Source: Lama guanicoe (lineage: Eukaryota). From it: a DNA stretch of 64,000 bases. Where the stretch lies: the NCBI GenBank assembly GCA_013239625.1, contig MU053482.1:4911775-4975774 (forward strand), written 5' to 3'. The position numbers were made by a program, and so were the translations under genes. The notes under the pieces were generated by a model. It was not told where the DNA came from. It saw nothing but the letters and a program-made list of their open reading frames with translations, and ran no database searches. This document shows, one piece after another, positions 37,901 through 52,400 of the stretch. How positions within the stretch are numbered: position 1 is the first letter of the stretch; each line of letters starts with the position of its first letter.

Positions 37901-40900
37901 ATACATATATACATATATTCATTTTCATATTATTTTTCATTACAGGTTACTACAAGATATTGAATATAGTTCCCTGTGATATACAGTAGAAACTTGTTTA
38001 TCTATTTTATATATAGTAGTTAGTATCTGTAAATCTTGAACTCCCAGTTTATCCCTTCCCACCCCTTTCCCCACCCTGGTAACCAGAAGTTTGTTTTCTA
38101 CAGTCATCTACTTTATTTTATTTTATCTTATTTATTTTATTTTATTTTATATTATAGTTGGTTTATTGACTATTGGTATTGAGATGAATGTGTTCTTGCC
38201 TTGAACACTTTCTTTGTTGTTGTTGGAGTACAGTCAGTTTATAGTGTGTCAGTTTCTATAGACATCTATTTTAAACGCATCAATTTTGAATGTTGTCTAT
38301 TCCACTAGCCCAGGCACACAGAGAATCCAGTGGTGTTAAAGATATATTTGTACAAGCAGAGTGAGGTGGGGAAGGGCAGCTCTCTTATGCCTAGATATAG
38401 AACATTTCCATCACTGCAGAAGTTCTCTTGGACATTGTTATTCTAGAAGTTCAGCAGCGGCTGGGCTGGAGAGGGCAAAAGCCTGTGACAGTGTATTGTA
38501 AGTTTCAACCCCATTTTTCTCAGACCTATTTATTCTTCTCTATTGGCTTTTGTAGGAGAGGAAGACACTTAGAAGAAGAAGGAAGCTGGAAAAAGCCACA
38601 AAACAATTGGTTAAGCAAGAAGAATTGAAAAGACTTCACAAAGCTCAGGTCAGAAAACACACCTGAGATAAGTGAATTTGGGTCTGGGATCCTGGGAGTC
38701 TGGATCTGGAAGCCCCTTGGAAATCTGCATTGCACTGGGGGAGGCAGGCTGGGGAAAGGTCGTGGCTCGTGGCTATTCTGTGGGCCCCAGTTCAGTCCCT
38801 GGTGGGGCTCTGGGGCCCGGAGAGCCCAGGTGTTGAGCTGGCCCACTCCCAGCTGGCTTTCCATCTGCCAATGTGTGTCCTGCAAAGTGAGCTGGAATGA
38901 CAGCCAACACGTGGCCTTGGGAACCATCCTGGGCCCTGACTGCCACGTAGCACTGGCCTTAGTTTTGTCCTCTGTGAGAACACAACCCTCCCCCAACTTC
39001 CTGGCAGTGTCTTCACTGAACTGACAACTCCTGGGGCTGCCTCTCTTCCAAGGTTGGTGAGCACATAAGCAGCTAGCATTCTGCTGTCGATCTCCCGGCC
39101 TGGTTGTTTCCTGCCCGATGGTTCACAGACAGGCACAGTGAGACAGAAAGTCAAGGCCCTCTCCCTCTCCCTGAGGCCCCCACACCTAGCCGTCGAGAAC
39201 AGCTGGGTTTTAGGACAGAAGGTCTTAAAACGACTGCTCCTGTGAATCCAGTGGACCCTGACATCCCTTCCCCCAGTTATCGCTTTATCTGGCCTTGTGG
39301 TACTGTAGGTTATTTCTGACAAGAGGGGAGTCATTTAATCCAGCCTCCTTTACTCTTCTCAGCGACTGACACGGGAACCACCCTTTCACCTAGTGGGCGG
39401 GGGAAGTTCCCATCAGCTCCCCCTGTCCACCCTCAGCTTCCGAAACAGGCTTTCTCAAAATCTTCATCTCTTCCTTCTGAGAACAAGATAGGTCTTTATG
39501 ATACAGACTGACAAACTCAACCATTCCCCCACCTTATGGTCTCACTCCAGACAGTCGGCAGTGATAGCAGAAGAATTACGATGGCCTTTGGAGTCCTAAG
39601 CTGCTAGCACGCCTAGCAGCCTTTTTTAATGTTTGAGATTTGCTTCCTTAGTTTCTAAAGGATGTTGACTCTATCAGTCTGCTCGGGCAGTCATAACAAC
39701 ATCCCACAGCCGGGGTGGCTTACACCACAGAAATGTGTCCTCTCGTAGCTCTGGAGGCTGGAAGTCCAAGGTCAAGGTGACTTCAGGGTTGATTTCTGGT
39801 GGGGGCTCTCTTCCTGGCTCATATGGCTGCCTTCTCGCTGTGTCCTCACGTAGCCTTTTTCTGTGCACGTACAGAACAAGAAAGAGAGAGAGAGAAAGCT
39901 CTGGTATCATTTCCTCTTCTTATAAGGACATCAGTCCTATTGGATTAGGGCCGACTGTTATGGCCTCATTTAACCTTATTTACCTCCTTAAAGACTCTCA
40001 CTCCAAATACAGTCACTTTTGGGATTCAGCATGTGAATGGGGCGGGCGGCACTACTCAGTCCCTAACAATTATACAGCCATAATTGCAACGTAGTGAGTA
40101 ATAAAATCATTGAACTGTTACCCTTCCTTTAGCCATTCTAAACTATGCCAGTAAGAGACAGATCTATAAAGATGTAATTGTCTTTAAAAGAGAGACCGAG
40201 AGGAAGAGAGCATGAAATTACAAGTGGTTTTAGAGAGAATTCCCATCTATTTCAGATTTTCTGTTTGGGGTTTAAACACTCTCAGCTGAGACAAGAAGCC
40301 AGCGGCTGCTCAGTCCTTCCCCCATCTCCCCCGCCCCACCCCCATTACCTCTTCATGGGTTTGGAGGTTCCTCAGGCATTGTGCTCTGAACCCAGGGGAG
40401 ACTCAGAAAGGTTTGGAGTTAAGGAGGAAGGGGAGTGAGACAGAGCTAGAGGAAGGCAGAGGAGGAAGAACACACACATTCCACCTGCCCAAACAGCTGC
40501 CACTTCCTTGAACGTACCTGGGCTGCCAGGTGCAGCATGGGTTCTGCCAAGAGATGTGCCTTTTGGCAGCATGTGTTTGATAGCAGAGAAAATTGATGGG
40601 AATGAACAGAATGTATTTGGGAAAGGCTTTCTCTTAATTTTCCTTCCTAATACACACAAGAGAGAAATGCCTAGTAGGGAAAGTAAAGATGTCATGACCC
40701 CAAGCCTTGATAGGTGCCTATGGTTAGTCTAAGGAGTATATGCCTTAATGGGATAAATGCCTTCTGTCTTGTCTTGATAACCCGCTAGTAACAAAGCCAC
40801 CATACACTTCCATAGACAGTAAAAGGCCCTGGGTGCCATGAAAGAATAGGTTGCCAGTGTGTAGCTGAAGACAGGAGCAGGACAAACCGAGAGGAACACC

Positions 40901-43900
40901 CAGCCCCAGCAGCTGGCCTGGGTCTCCTGCTCCAGACCAACTTCCTGAGTGGTGTCTACTGGTTCTGCTTGGGAAAGCGGGATGTAAGCCCTTTGTTTGC
41001 CCCAGGAGATCCTGTCCTACTCTGAGTAGTGGCTGCAGCTCCAGCAGCTAAGCCATGACCACAGTCAGAGGCTGAGGCTCCGAGGAGTCCAGGAGCCATG
41101 AGAGCCACCCGCCCGCTCAGCCCAGCAGCCTCTGACTAATTCATTCGTCTGGTCAAAAGGGAACTGTTTTAACGTCTCCTTGGGGCAGACTGAGCTTACA
41201 CATAGACTCCTTGCTTTATGTCTTCGTAGTAGAGACAGGAGATGTCAAGTTCTAGTTGTTTTGGGAATCCAGAGGTTCTTACCCAGTTAATCAAGGAGGT
41301 GGCGGCATCACAAGGGAAAGGGCTTCTTCATCTTGGAAAGCAAGTGGCAGAATTGGCCACTTCTGTGACTCTGCACGTTGAGAGTCCCCGTGTGACGTAT
41401 GGTCCTGGCATTGCAGGCCATCCAGAGGCAGCTGGAGGAGGTGGAGGAGCGGCAGAGGGCTTCCGAGATCCAGGGCGTGAGGCTGGAGAAGGCGCTGAGA
41501 GGAGAAGCAGGTAGGCATCCCCGCCGGCAGACCCGGAGCAGCGGGCTTGGTCCGTGTCTGTGGTCCAAGATCAGTGGCACCTGGGCAAAACATCAAGACC
41601 TTGTCACCCGCTGTGGAACTTTCAACGCGGACCTGTGGTGCTCCATCCACAACTGCTTCACACTTTCAAAACCAAACTGGTCGCTCATTTGAAATTCCAG
41701 GGCATGGGTCAGCCTGTGGGGCTTGGGTTTCTAGTCTGCCCAGTCTCTCTTCTGCTAGTGTGAGTGTTCTTTGAAATTAAGGGGTTAAGGTAAATTCAGG
41801 AGAAACAGTTGAAACAACCAAGCAATGTTGGTAGTGATTCAAAACCTGGACTTGGAGTCAGACTCCTGGTTTCTCCCTTCACCAGCCATATGGCCTTGGG
41901 CCAATCACGTTCTCAACCTTTGTGAACTTTTGTTTTCTCCTCTAATATGTGGATAATGGTGGTTCCCTATATAGAGAGCTGAAATAAAATTGCAGCTCTG
42001 TAAGATAGGAATAATAAAAATTAAAGAAGATGATTGCATCAGGTATATGTGAAAGTAGCATGTTGCCTTGCAACTATCCACTGACCGCTTCAGACTCTTA
42101 GATGCAAGCAGAATTCATCTGGTGAAGACCTGCCATGTGTTGGACATGGAGACAGTGGGTCTATAACGAGGAGCATGGCATTTTCTGCCTTTGAGAAGTT
42201 TATGGTCCGTTGTGGAACACAGACATGTAAATAAATAAACCACAGTCCAGGAGGATGAGTGCCGTGGTGGGAATAAACATCAGGGTGGAATGAGGGTGGA
42301 ATCACCAGCTTCCTAACTGATCTTGATGGGGAGGGTTGCGGCGGGGGTGGTCCGGCTAATCACCTGGAAGTAGTCATCTACTAAGATGAGGAGCAGGAGG
42401 GAGCCAGGGAGGTGAGGAGATTGTTCTGGCAGAGGGAACAGCACCTGCAAAGGCCAAACATGAAAAGACGTGAAAAAGACATGAAATGCCTTAACGAATG
42501 AGGAGTCAGCGAAGGGTTTTGAGATGAGGGATGAAACTAAAAGATATCTACATGGTTTTGTTTGTTTGTTTGCTTTTTTTTTGTTTGTCCTGTAGCAGTG
42601 TGCTTAGTGAATTGGAGTTAGTGAGGTTATTGTCTCTTTAGTTTTCTCATGTTATGCCTTTAGCCTCTGTATTTTGGAATATAAAGTGGGAGAAGCAGAC
42701 ACTGAAAACACACATCTGTGTGCGATCATGTAAATAACGTGTTGCTTGTTAAACAACATTGGGATAGGTTAGGGCCTCAATTCTCTTAAAAGTTCAGTTA
42801 TCTGAGATTGATGGTGCTAGTGGGGGCAGACCGAGATTTTGTGAGACCTGAAGTTCATACAAAGTCATGCAGGCAAAACTGTGGGGCTGTTCCCAGAAGC
42901 CTTGCCAGGGCCCATCCACGTGAGAGGTCCTGCGGTTTCAGCGTCAGTAGCTGTGTGGTTATTGTCTCTTTGGAAACTTTGGAGTCTGACTTTATCCCTC
43001 TGTGCCTCAGTTTCTGTGTTTGTAAAGTGGGGATGATAATCAACCCCACTTCTTGGATTTGTGGTGAGGATTGATTGAAACGGTTTATAAGGAAGCCCTA
43101 GCACAGTGCCTGGCACCGGGTAGATGGTTAATAAAGTTTGTTCCCTTTCTTACTACAATACTCTGTGCATTTCCTTGCAGAGAAGCCAAATCCACCCATC
43201 AGAAGTAGGTTCTTGACAAAAACAGTAACTGTTTCTTGCTACTTGGAGTGAGAGTCACTGCTGGCCTCTACACCTGCTGTCAGGACTTTCCATACGATGA
43301 AATGTTTGGTCATGTTCCCAATCAGAAAGGCTCTGGCACTTTTCTTTAGGCATCCACTGATTTCAGTGAGAGCCTTAGAAATGGAAAAAATAAACCAGCA
43401 AAGCTAGGGCACATTTCTGTTTGCTGGGGAGGCACAGCAGGATGGATAAAATTATAAGCATCAAAGAACCCTGTGTTCAACTTCTGTTCCATTGCATTTC
43501 GGCTGTGTGGCTTTGGAAAATCACCTAACCTCTCTGGCCTCAGATTCCTTATGTGAAAAATAGAGCTAATAATCCTCATATTCCCAGGTCATTTTTAAAA
43601 TTAAGGGTATCCGTGGGCCAAGTGTCTCCCAAGAGTACCCACCACATTGTAGGCCTTCAATAAATGGCTACCTGATATTATTTCACAAAATATTAAATAT
43701 CTACACACATGTTTTAAAGAATTAGTCTCTGACATTTGCTATTGAAATTCAAAGTCTAGAAGCCAAATTTTTAGAACTTTTAAAAATCTTCCTTACCCCC
43801 ACTGTAAAGAAAGGCTATTCTGACTTAACAGCTAAAGAAACTGGCCAGCTTCTGATGTTTTCAAAGGTGTACTCGCCTGGCCAGAAGATGGATTCTGTTC

Positions 43901-46900
43901 ATTCCCTTTATATCCTTGGTAATTTAATTCCCCTGTTAAGTGTATGGGCCTTTTTCTCCTTGATTGTCCTTGTGCGGGTGACAGATGCAGATCAACAAGG
44001 AGCAGGAGACTGAGAGAGTCAAGTCACAGACAGCAGCCCCAAAGGAAACCAAACAGAAGATTTGCAAGCCAGGCATTGAAATTAATACACTCTAACTTGT
44101 AATAACATTTGTGCAATAATAATATTCCTTTGCAGTTTAATATTCTCCTCAGCCCCTTTAAGAGATTGCCCTGGTGCTTAATGAATGACCGATGCTTATT
44201 AGGTTACGTTGTATTTGAGCTGGCCTGGGCTGCTCTGGTTCAAGTGATTTAATGGGAATTATTTAATAGGTATTATTAGGATAATTAGAAAATGATCACA
44301 GTTAGGCAATAATATTGAGCTATAAAGGTTGTGAATAACCAAATTTAGAGACAGGCCTGAAAACACGAGTTGTCTGCGACAGTTATGCAAGTCTCCTCTG
44401 ATAATGATGTGCGCCAGCCTGAAAGGGTCTTTTGTTCCTCGGAGTTATTCATTAGGCGGGCATTGAATTAGAGGAACATGCGGGGGTGCAGGACGGAGGG
44501 CAATGATGGCTGATGAGCAAAATGAGGCTTTGATGAGCTCCTAATTGTCGTGACAACAATTCCTGCTTTCTCTTTTTCCAACAGTCAGAAATAAGCTCCC
44601 CCACCCCCAGGAAGGGTTTTTCCCCATTTTTCAAGGCAAAGGAAACAAAGAAAAATAAAAATCCTGCAATCCACCCCAGATGATAAGTCATTATGTTCTG
44701 TAGTGTGTGTGTGTGTGTGTATGTATGAGGGAGATGGATGTCCTTGACAAGGGCAGTAGATTCTCTAGATGGTCCTAGCCACCCAGGGTAAAGGACCACA
44801 ACGTGCAGCAGCCTGATTGCCCTCTGTGAGGAAGTCAAGTTGATTTTTGCAGCCACGTAGACTCTTCCTGGTCAAGCAAGAAGACTTACTGGTTTGTTGG
44901 TTGTCAACGTGGTAGTCAGTATTAGTGCCAGGGCCATGGAATTCCTCGGTTTAGCAAGAGACCACCATTCAAGTTTGGATGGTGTTGATAATGGGATCTG
45001 TGCTTTCTTCAATACCTGAAGACAGGTAAAATCTGATGAGAACTGAGATCGGCTTTGAGGGAGAAGACATTCGTGCCCAGGGGAGTGCATGGGAATCACT
45101 CCTCTCTTATATGTTTACCAACGTTGGGGAAGGTTTACCAGCTGGTTGCCTGCATTGAGCTTCCTTCTGCTGCTGCTGCTGCTTTTTTTTTTTTTTTAAA
45201 TAACCAGATGGCTGCTTCTTCACATAGATAAGGGGTTTACAAAGAAATTTTAGGATGTGTGAGGATGCCAGCAGGTGGCAGCAGGAGCACACATGATGAC
45301 AAGAGGAACTGCAATAAATCTTAGCCAGGAAGAGGGAAGTAGTTTGGCTTACACTCTGTGGTTTTTATCTTGACTCCTTCTGAGGAGCAGAAGGAATAAT
45401 AATTTCCTCGATAACGTGCCAGTGAGGTGTCCTGAAAAGAACACAGATTTTAGAATCAGACCCTCCCGAGTCTGAGTCCTGATGCCATTCATAGACAGTG
45501 GCCGGGAGTAACAAGACTCCGAAGTTGGGGGCTAAGCAATCCAGGAACTTGGATGGGTTTGCTACACTCCACATGCTGAAAGTAAACAGCAAGATTCAGG
45601 GCATCAGAGCCTGGGAGCTTTTACTCTCAGCACAGCAAACAGCAGGAAGAGCTACTTGAAACAAGTTGCCCTGTATCTAAGTGCCGTGGTGTGACCTGAC
45701 AGGCCCAGATGGCAGCTGTGCACAAAGTGGATTGTGCCACACCAGAGAACTGCAGTGCAAGAAACAAGCCAGCCCCCTTTCCCAGGAAGCAAGTAATCTC
45801 CCTGGCTGATTGCAGCAGTGGCTCAGGATCACAGGATGGTTAGGCCTTGCTGTTCGGCATATTTAACAAAGACACAAAGGGATACTTGAGGTCTGTGGCA
45901 AACGACCTCGTTCAACAAATGTTAATAATCTGTTCATTATGTATTCATCTCTGTTTCCAGGCTCAGTACACCCCTGGTAGGGCAGTGGCCTTATAACAGA
46001 GATAGGCCCAGTGAGGGTGAGGCTAAGATTCTCTTCCTGAAGAAACCTTGGGTCCTCTCCATTGCATAGATTCTGGGGCCATTGAGGCTTCAGAGTTACA
46101 TGACTTAGACAATTGCTTTACACACAAGAATTCCCATGACAGCAGCAAGAAATGCATTTTACGTCACAAGTTAGTACACATAAATATATAATTGAATAAA
46201 GTGTTTTCAGAAATAATATCAAATTTTGGTGCATATAAAAGACTGATACTCTCTGTTCTAGGTCAATTTTAATGCCTGTTATGACCCATAAAATTAATTT
46301 TGCTACCTTCTGTTTTAAAAAACACTGTCACAATGATTTTACCTGAAAAAATATCTTAAAATAAATACCCAAGTGGCCACCTCAGCCAAGAATATGGAGT
46401 GTGGTTCCTAAGAAGTATGGAGCAGCAGAATGGAGGAGTAGACACTATAAAAGTCCATTCACTACAATAAGATACTTTTGAAAACATTGCTAGGCTCTTA
46501 AGTGAGAGAAATCCTTAGGGCCAAGAAAAAGGAGGGTGAAAAAAAGCTATGTTGAAACCTACTTGTTCCAGGAAGGAAGCAAACACAAAAGCAGAAATCC
46601 AGGGTTGCCTTGGAATAAATATCGGTGGTTTTGGAATCTAAGCCTTGGTTCAAACAAAAAGTAGGAGAACTAACTAGCCTTGAGAGTCTCACATTAAATC
46701 AGATCTCTAGTGCCCCCAAAACCAACTATAGATCCTCTATGAAAGAAACCATGTCTTGGTTTAGGCTCTCAGGATTCAGATAGTCTAAGTTCAATAAAAT
46801 ATGAGCTTATAGTAATTTTTTAAATCACTCAAAACACAAGGAAGTGAGCCACCAAGAATGAGAGTCAGTAAAATCAACAAATTTAAATGGCCACAAACTA

Positions 46901-49401
46901 TATTAATTATCAAATACAGAATATACTATGTCTCTGTATAAAACATTTAAAGAAATAGATTACATACAAAATGAGCAAGCAGAAAAATAAAAGTGAACAG
47001 ACTATACCACATTAAACTTAACCAATCATAACTGTAATCAAAGTATCATCATGAGCTTCCTGCTGTGATGTAGAAAGAAAGACACATCTTCACCTATGCA
47101 GCATCTCAGCCAGAAATGCTTAACCTGAGTTTAACCATAAAAATATAATCGGACAAATTCAAATTGAGAGACAATCTGCAAAACAACTGACAAATGTCAA
47201 TGCCATAAAACAACAAAAAGGGAGTGGTGGGGAGGATCTAGGGGACTGTTTTAGATGAAAAGAGACTAAAGAAATAAAACTAAATATAATGCTGAATACT
47301 TTAGGCTTAAATTTTTCCAAATAAAAAGTTAAGAGGAAAATGATCAGGGATGTTTTCAGTTATAATATTATATACTTAACCCTGTTATCTTTTCTAACTT
47401 TTTTTTAAAAAAAACACCTTTATTGTGGTACGGTTCCTGTACAGTAAACTACACATATTTCAGATGTACAATTTGATAAATTTTGATAGATGTATACCAG
47501 GGATTTTTTCAAAAATAAATAAATAGTTCAGAATTGAAAATATATTCATTGAAACTAAACACTCAGTGAATGCACTAAACAGTAGCTTAGATACAGCAGA
47601 AGAGACAATTAGTGAATTGGACAATGTATCTCAAGAAATTAACTAGAATGCAGCACATAAATAGAAGGAGATAGAAAATAAAAAAGAGTAGCTTGTAGAT
47701 GTAGAAGATAGAAAGAGAAGGTCTGATATATGTTTAGTTTAAGTCCCAGAAGGAGAGAATAGAGAAAATTAAGATTGGGTATTTGAATAGATAATGGCTG
47801 AGGTACTAAGCAAAGCATTTAGAACAGACTCTGGCACCAAATGCATGATATATAATCGTTAGCTCTATTTTTCCAAAGTGGATGAAATATATGAATCTAC
47901 AGATACAGGGAGATACAGAAATCAGGATAAATTTAAAATAAATTCACACTTACCTGGGCACAATGAGGTGAAAATGTAGGACACCAAAGACAGATTACCT
48001 TAAAGGGGATAAAGAGAAAAAACAAGTCACTTAAAAAAAACAAAATTTTTACTGACAGCTCTCTTCTCAACAGCAAGAGTGGGTGTTAGAAGACAGTGAA
48101 ATAATAGTTTCAAAAGGCTGAAAAAAATCTTCAAGCTAGAATGGTATATATACCCAGAAAAATATATTCCAAAAGCAAGTACACAATAAAGAAATATTCA
48201 GTTAATGAAAGATTTAACTATCTACAAACAAAATTCTAGCAAATATACTTTAAGTGAAAGAAAAAGATAAAAAAAGGATAATCTGAAATATTCAAGAAGA
48301 AATAGTGAATGCAAAAAGTAATAAACCTGTAAGTAAAACAAATAAACATTATCAGTATAAAATAATACAGCTTTTTAAAAAGATAGAACTAAATAGACTA
48401 TATACTGGACTAAAATGGACATTAGCTTGGAGTTGAGTGATCAGAAGTGAAGTATTCCAGGGTCCTTATGTTGTTTAAAAGGAGGCTAAGATGTTTATTA
48501 CTTTGAGACTTTATTAGGGTATGAAGGATACCTATCTGAATTTTAAGTGTAATTATAGAAAGAATAGAAACAAAGTGTATAACTTCCAAATCAGCTGGAG
48601 GAAACAAAGCGAGGGAGAAGAAATTTTAAAAAATAATAATAAACCAAACAAAACTGCCGGCTCAATTCTAAATAGAAATTAGAAAGTGTTAAAAAAAAAA
48701 AGATAAAAAGCACAAAGAAAGATGGTAGAAACAAGTCCGTTTATGTCAATAATAGTAACGAAAGTTGAACAAAACAATTATATGCTATTTAGCAGACGCA
48801 TATAAAACATAAACAGAAAGGTTTCAAATAAAGGATGGCAAGTACGTACCAACGAAATAAGGCTAGAGTCATTATATTAAAAGCAGATAAAATAGCCTTT
48901 AATACCAAAACCATGAATAGCAACAAGCAGGGTCACTACATAATTTTAAAATGATCAACTCAGCCAAGAAGAATGAGTTTTAAATGTTATATGCATTGAC
49001 TATAACAGGCTCAAAATATGTAATACAAAAAATGATAAAACCAGGGAAAAGTGTCTACTATCATGGCAGGAGATTTTAGTACATCTCTCAAAATAATGGT
49101 AGTCACATAGACAAAACATCACTATGAATCTGAACATTGTAATTAGTAATTTTAATTTAATGGATATTCTTTTCCAGTTTACATGGTCAATTTACAAAAA
49201 TTGACCATATGAGTTCATAAAGTAAATCTCAGAGAATCTATATTATACAGACCACATGCTGCCCTACAATGTAATTAACTTAGAAATCAATAACCAAAAG
49301 ATATTTTTTAAACCACACATTTGGAAAGTAAAAATAAAAAACTCTCATGGATCAAAGGAAAAAAATCAAATGGATATTTTTTTAAAATACTTGGACATTT
49401 A

Positions 49402-49432
<31 letters not shown>

Positions 49433-52400
49433 GATCAAAATTCATGGGGTGCAATGAAAGCTGTCCCGAGAGGTATTGCCTTAAAAACTTCTATTAGAAA
49501 GGAAGAAAGACTTAAAATTAATGAGCTAAGTATCCAACTTCATGAAAAACAAAATAAACCTAAAGAAAGAAGATAACAAATATATGAGCAGATGTAAATG
49601 AAATAGAGAATAAAGATGAAATAGAGAGGGTCAAGCAAGCCAATAACTAATAAAAGACTAAAAGCAATCCTCTCAAACTGAGTTTTAAAAGTAAGAGAGA
49701 AGAAATAAATAAACGAATGAAAAGGGCAGACATAGCCACCAATACAGCAAAGATTCAACAAGATGAAAGAATATAATGAATATTTAATCCAATTAATTTT
49801 AATACTTGGCAATCTAAGGATGACTTAACAATCATCGCATGAACAAATTAAAGAGGAAAACCATATGGTCTTTTTGATAGGAGGAGAAAATATCACTAGA
49901 CAAAATTAAACACTCATTTGGGGTAAAAACTTTTAGCAAAAAAAGGACAGGATAGAACTTTCCATTTGCCTTCTTGAAGCTTACATTTTGTTCTTATGTA
50001 AGTTTCAGGTGCACAGCATTATAATTTGACACCTGCATACCCTATAGAGTGATCACAACACAATTCTAGTTACTATCCATCACCATATAGTTGACCCCCT
50101 TCACCCATCTCACCCACCCTCAACGCCCTTCCTCTCCAGTAACCACTGATCTCTGTATCTATGAGCTTGTTTTATTTTGTTTGTTCATTTGTTTTGTTTT
50201 TTTTAGAGTCCACATATAAGTGAAAGCATATGGTATTTATCTTTCTCTGACTTATTTCACTTAGCACAATACCTTCAAGGTCCATCCATATCATCACAAA
50301 TGGCAGGATTTCATTCTTTTTTATGGCTGAGTAATATTCCATCGTGCATATATACCACATCTTCTTTACCTGTTCATCGGTCACTGAACATTTAGGTTGT
50401 TCCCATATTGTGGCTATTGTAAATAATGCTAAAATGAACATAAAGGTGCATATGTCTTTTCAAATTGGTGTTTTTATGTTCTTTGGATAAATAACAGAAG
50501 TGGATCTTTCGGGTCAGAACTTTCTTATTTAGAAGGATAGCTTACAAAACCCAGCAGCAAACATCATTGCTTAATGGTAAAATATTAGAAGCATTTCTTT
50601 TTTAAATCAAAAATAAAAGAATGATGCCCGTCATCACCTCATCATTGTACACGAGACCCCAGCCAGTACAGTAAGACAAGGGGGAAATGGCACAAGGTTG
50701 GGAGGGAGAGAAACACATTTTTGTTGCTTCCAGATGATAGCGTTATCCACATGGAGAACTCCAAAAAAATGTACAGGTAATTTTTAAAAAATAAAAGGGT
50801 CTAAATCACATGATTGGAAATCAGATCAAAATAGAAAAATAAGTGGCATTTCTCTATCTCAACATCAGTTTCTAGAAAATGAAATAACAAAGAAGATACC
50901 ACTTACATTAGCATTAAAAACATAAGGTGCCTAGGAGTAAATCTAACAAAAAATGTGCACAACATCTATGGAGCCAAATTTAATACTTTACTGAAAGCTA
51001 CCAGAAGACCCAAACGTAATCTCACCTGTATGAAACCTGATAGAAGCCAGCAGCAGCACTGCCATTCACAGGAAATAAGTGATTCTAGGACGATTGGTTT
51101 TCCATACAAGAAAAAGATGAAATTGATCCTTATCTTGAACCATATAATAAATTTCATAAAAATTAAATACTTCAATGTGAAAATAATATTTGAAAAGTTA
51201 AGAATCTTTTTGACCTCTAGTTGGGAGTCTACAGATGCCATAAAAGAACAGAAGATAAGCCACTAATTTGGAACATATATTTGCCACAAATATAACCAAA
51301 AAAGAATCAGTATTCCAGAATTTGTAAAGAACTCGTACAAATCAATAAGAAACAGGCAAACAACTCAATATAAAAATAGGTAAATTGCATAAATATACTT
51401 TCACAAGAATACTCATTAGTAATTAGGAAAATGCAAATGAAGACTACAGTGAGAAACTATTTGAAACCATTAAATTTTCAAAACGTGTAAAATCTGATAA
51501 TGGTAAGTATTTGTCCAGGGTGAGGAAAAAGGGGAGCTCTTATTCAGTGGAGTATAAGCAGCAAAAACTCTTTGCAAAACAATTTGGCTTTATGCTGGAA
51601 AAGTGAACATTTGCATACCTACTACTCAGGAATTTCATTCCTAAGTATATACTCCAGAGACACTCTTGCCCATATGGACCAGAAGACAAATACAAGAATG
51701 TTCATAGCAGCATCATTCACAATAGCAAACCGCTAAGAACAACCTAGATATCTATTGACAGGGAAATGGATAAATTGTGGTACAGTGAGCTGTGTCACAT
51801 GCAACCGAATTATTATATATACAGCAGTGGAAATGAATGAGCAACACAGAGGCATTTTAGAAACATAATGGAGAATTTAAAATAAGCAAGATGGCAGAAG
51901 ACTGCATATGGTATGATATCACTTCAATAAAATTCAAAAGCAAGAAAAACTTTACGGTGAATAGATACGTCGCTAAAAGCAAAGCAAAATAAAAAGCTAT
52001 TTAAAAAAGGAAGGACTTCAAGTTTTGTTTCTCAGCTGCAGCCTCTGGCTCCCAGAATAGAATCATGAGCTACCTTCCAGCATCTGCATCTTGGCTTTGC
52101 CAAGACGGAATCAGGCCAGACCCCCAGTGCAGCTTTCTAGATGATCACCATCATGTGTAAGGAGCCTGCGGGAAGTCAATGTACCCAGAGCGCTGGCTAG
52201 AGATTTAGATGAAACAGGCCCATGGATGAGCACAGGAGCTCAGAGCTGACCAGAGTCCAGAGAACAAGAGGCAGGGGCTGAATCTCAGCCAGGCTGAGGG
52301 AGATGCTTGCACGTTGCTACCAAGTGTTCCGGCTGCAATTACTCTAATGTCCTTTCATGTTCCAGATCATCGCTGAGGATATTTGAAGGCGTTGATAGAA

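Noticed and set aside
50172..50441. Protein-coding ORF
   Set aside because: It is the ORF2 C-terminal remnant of a 5'-truncated L1.
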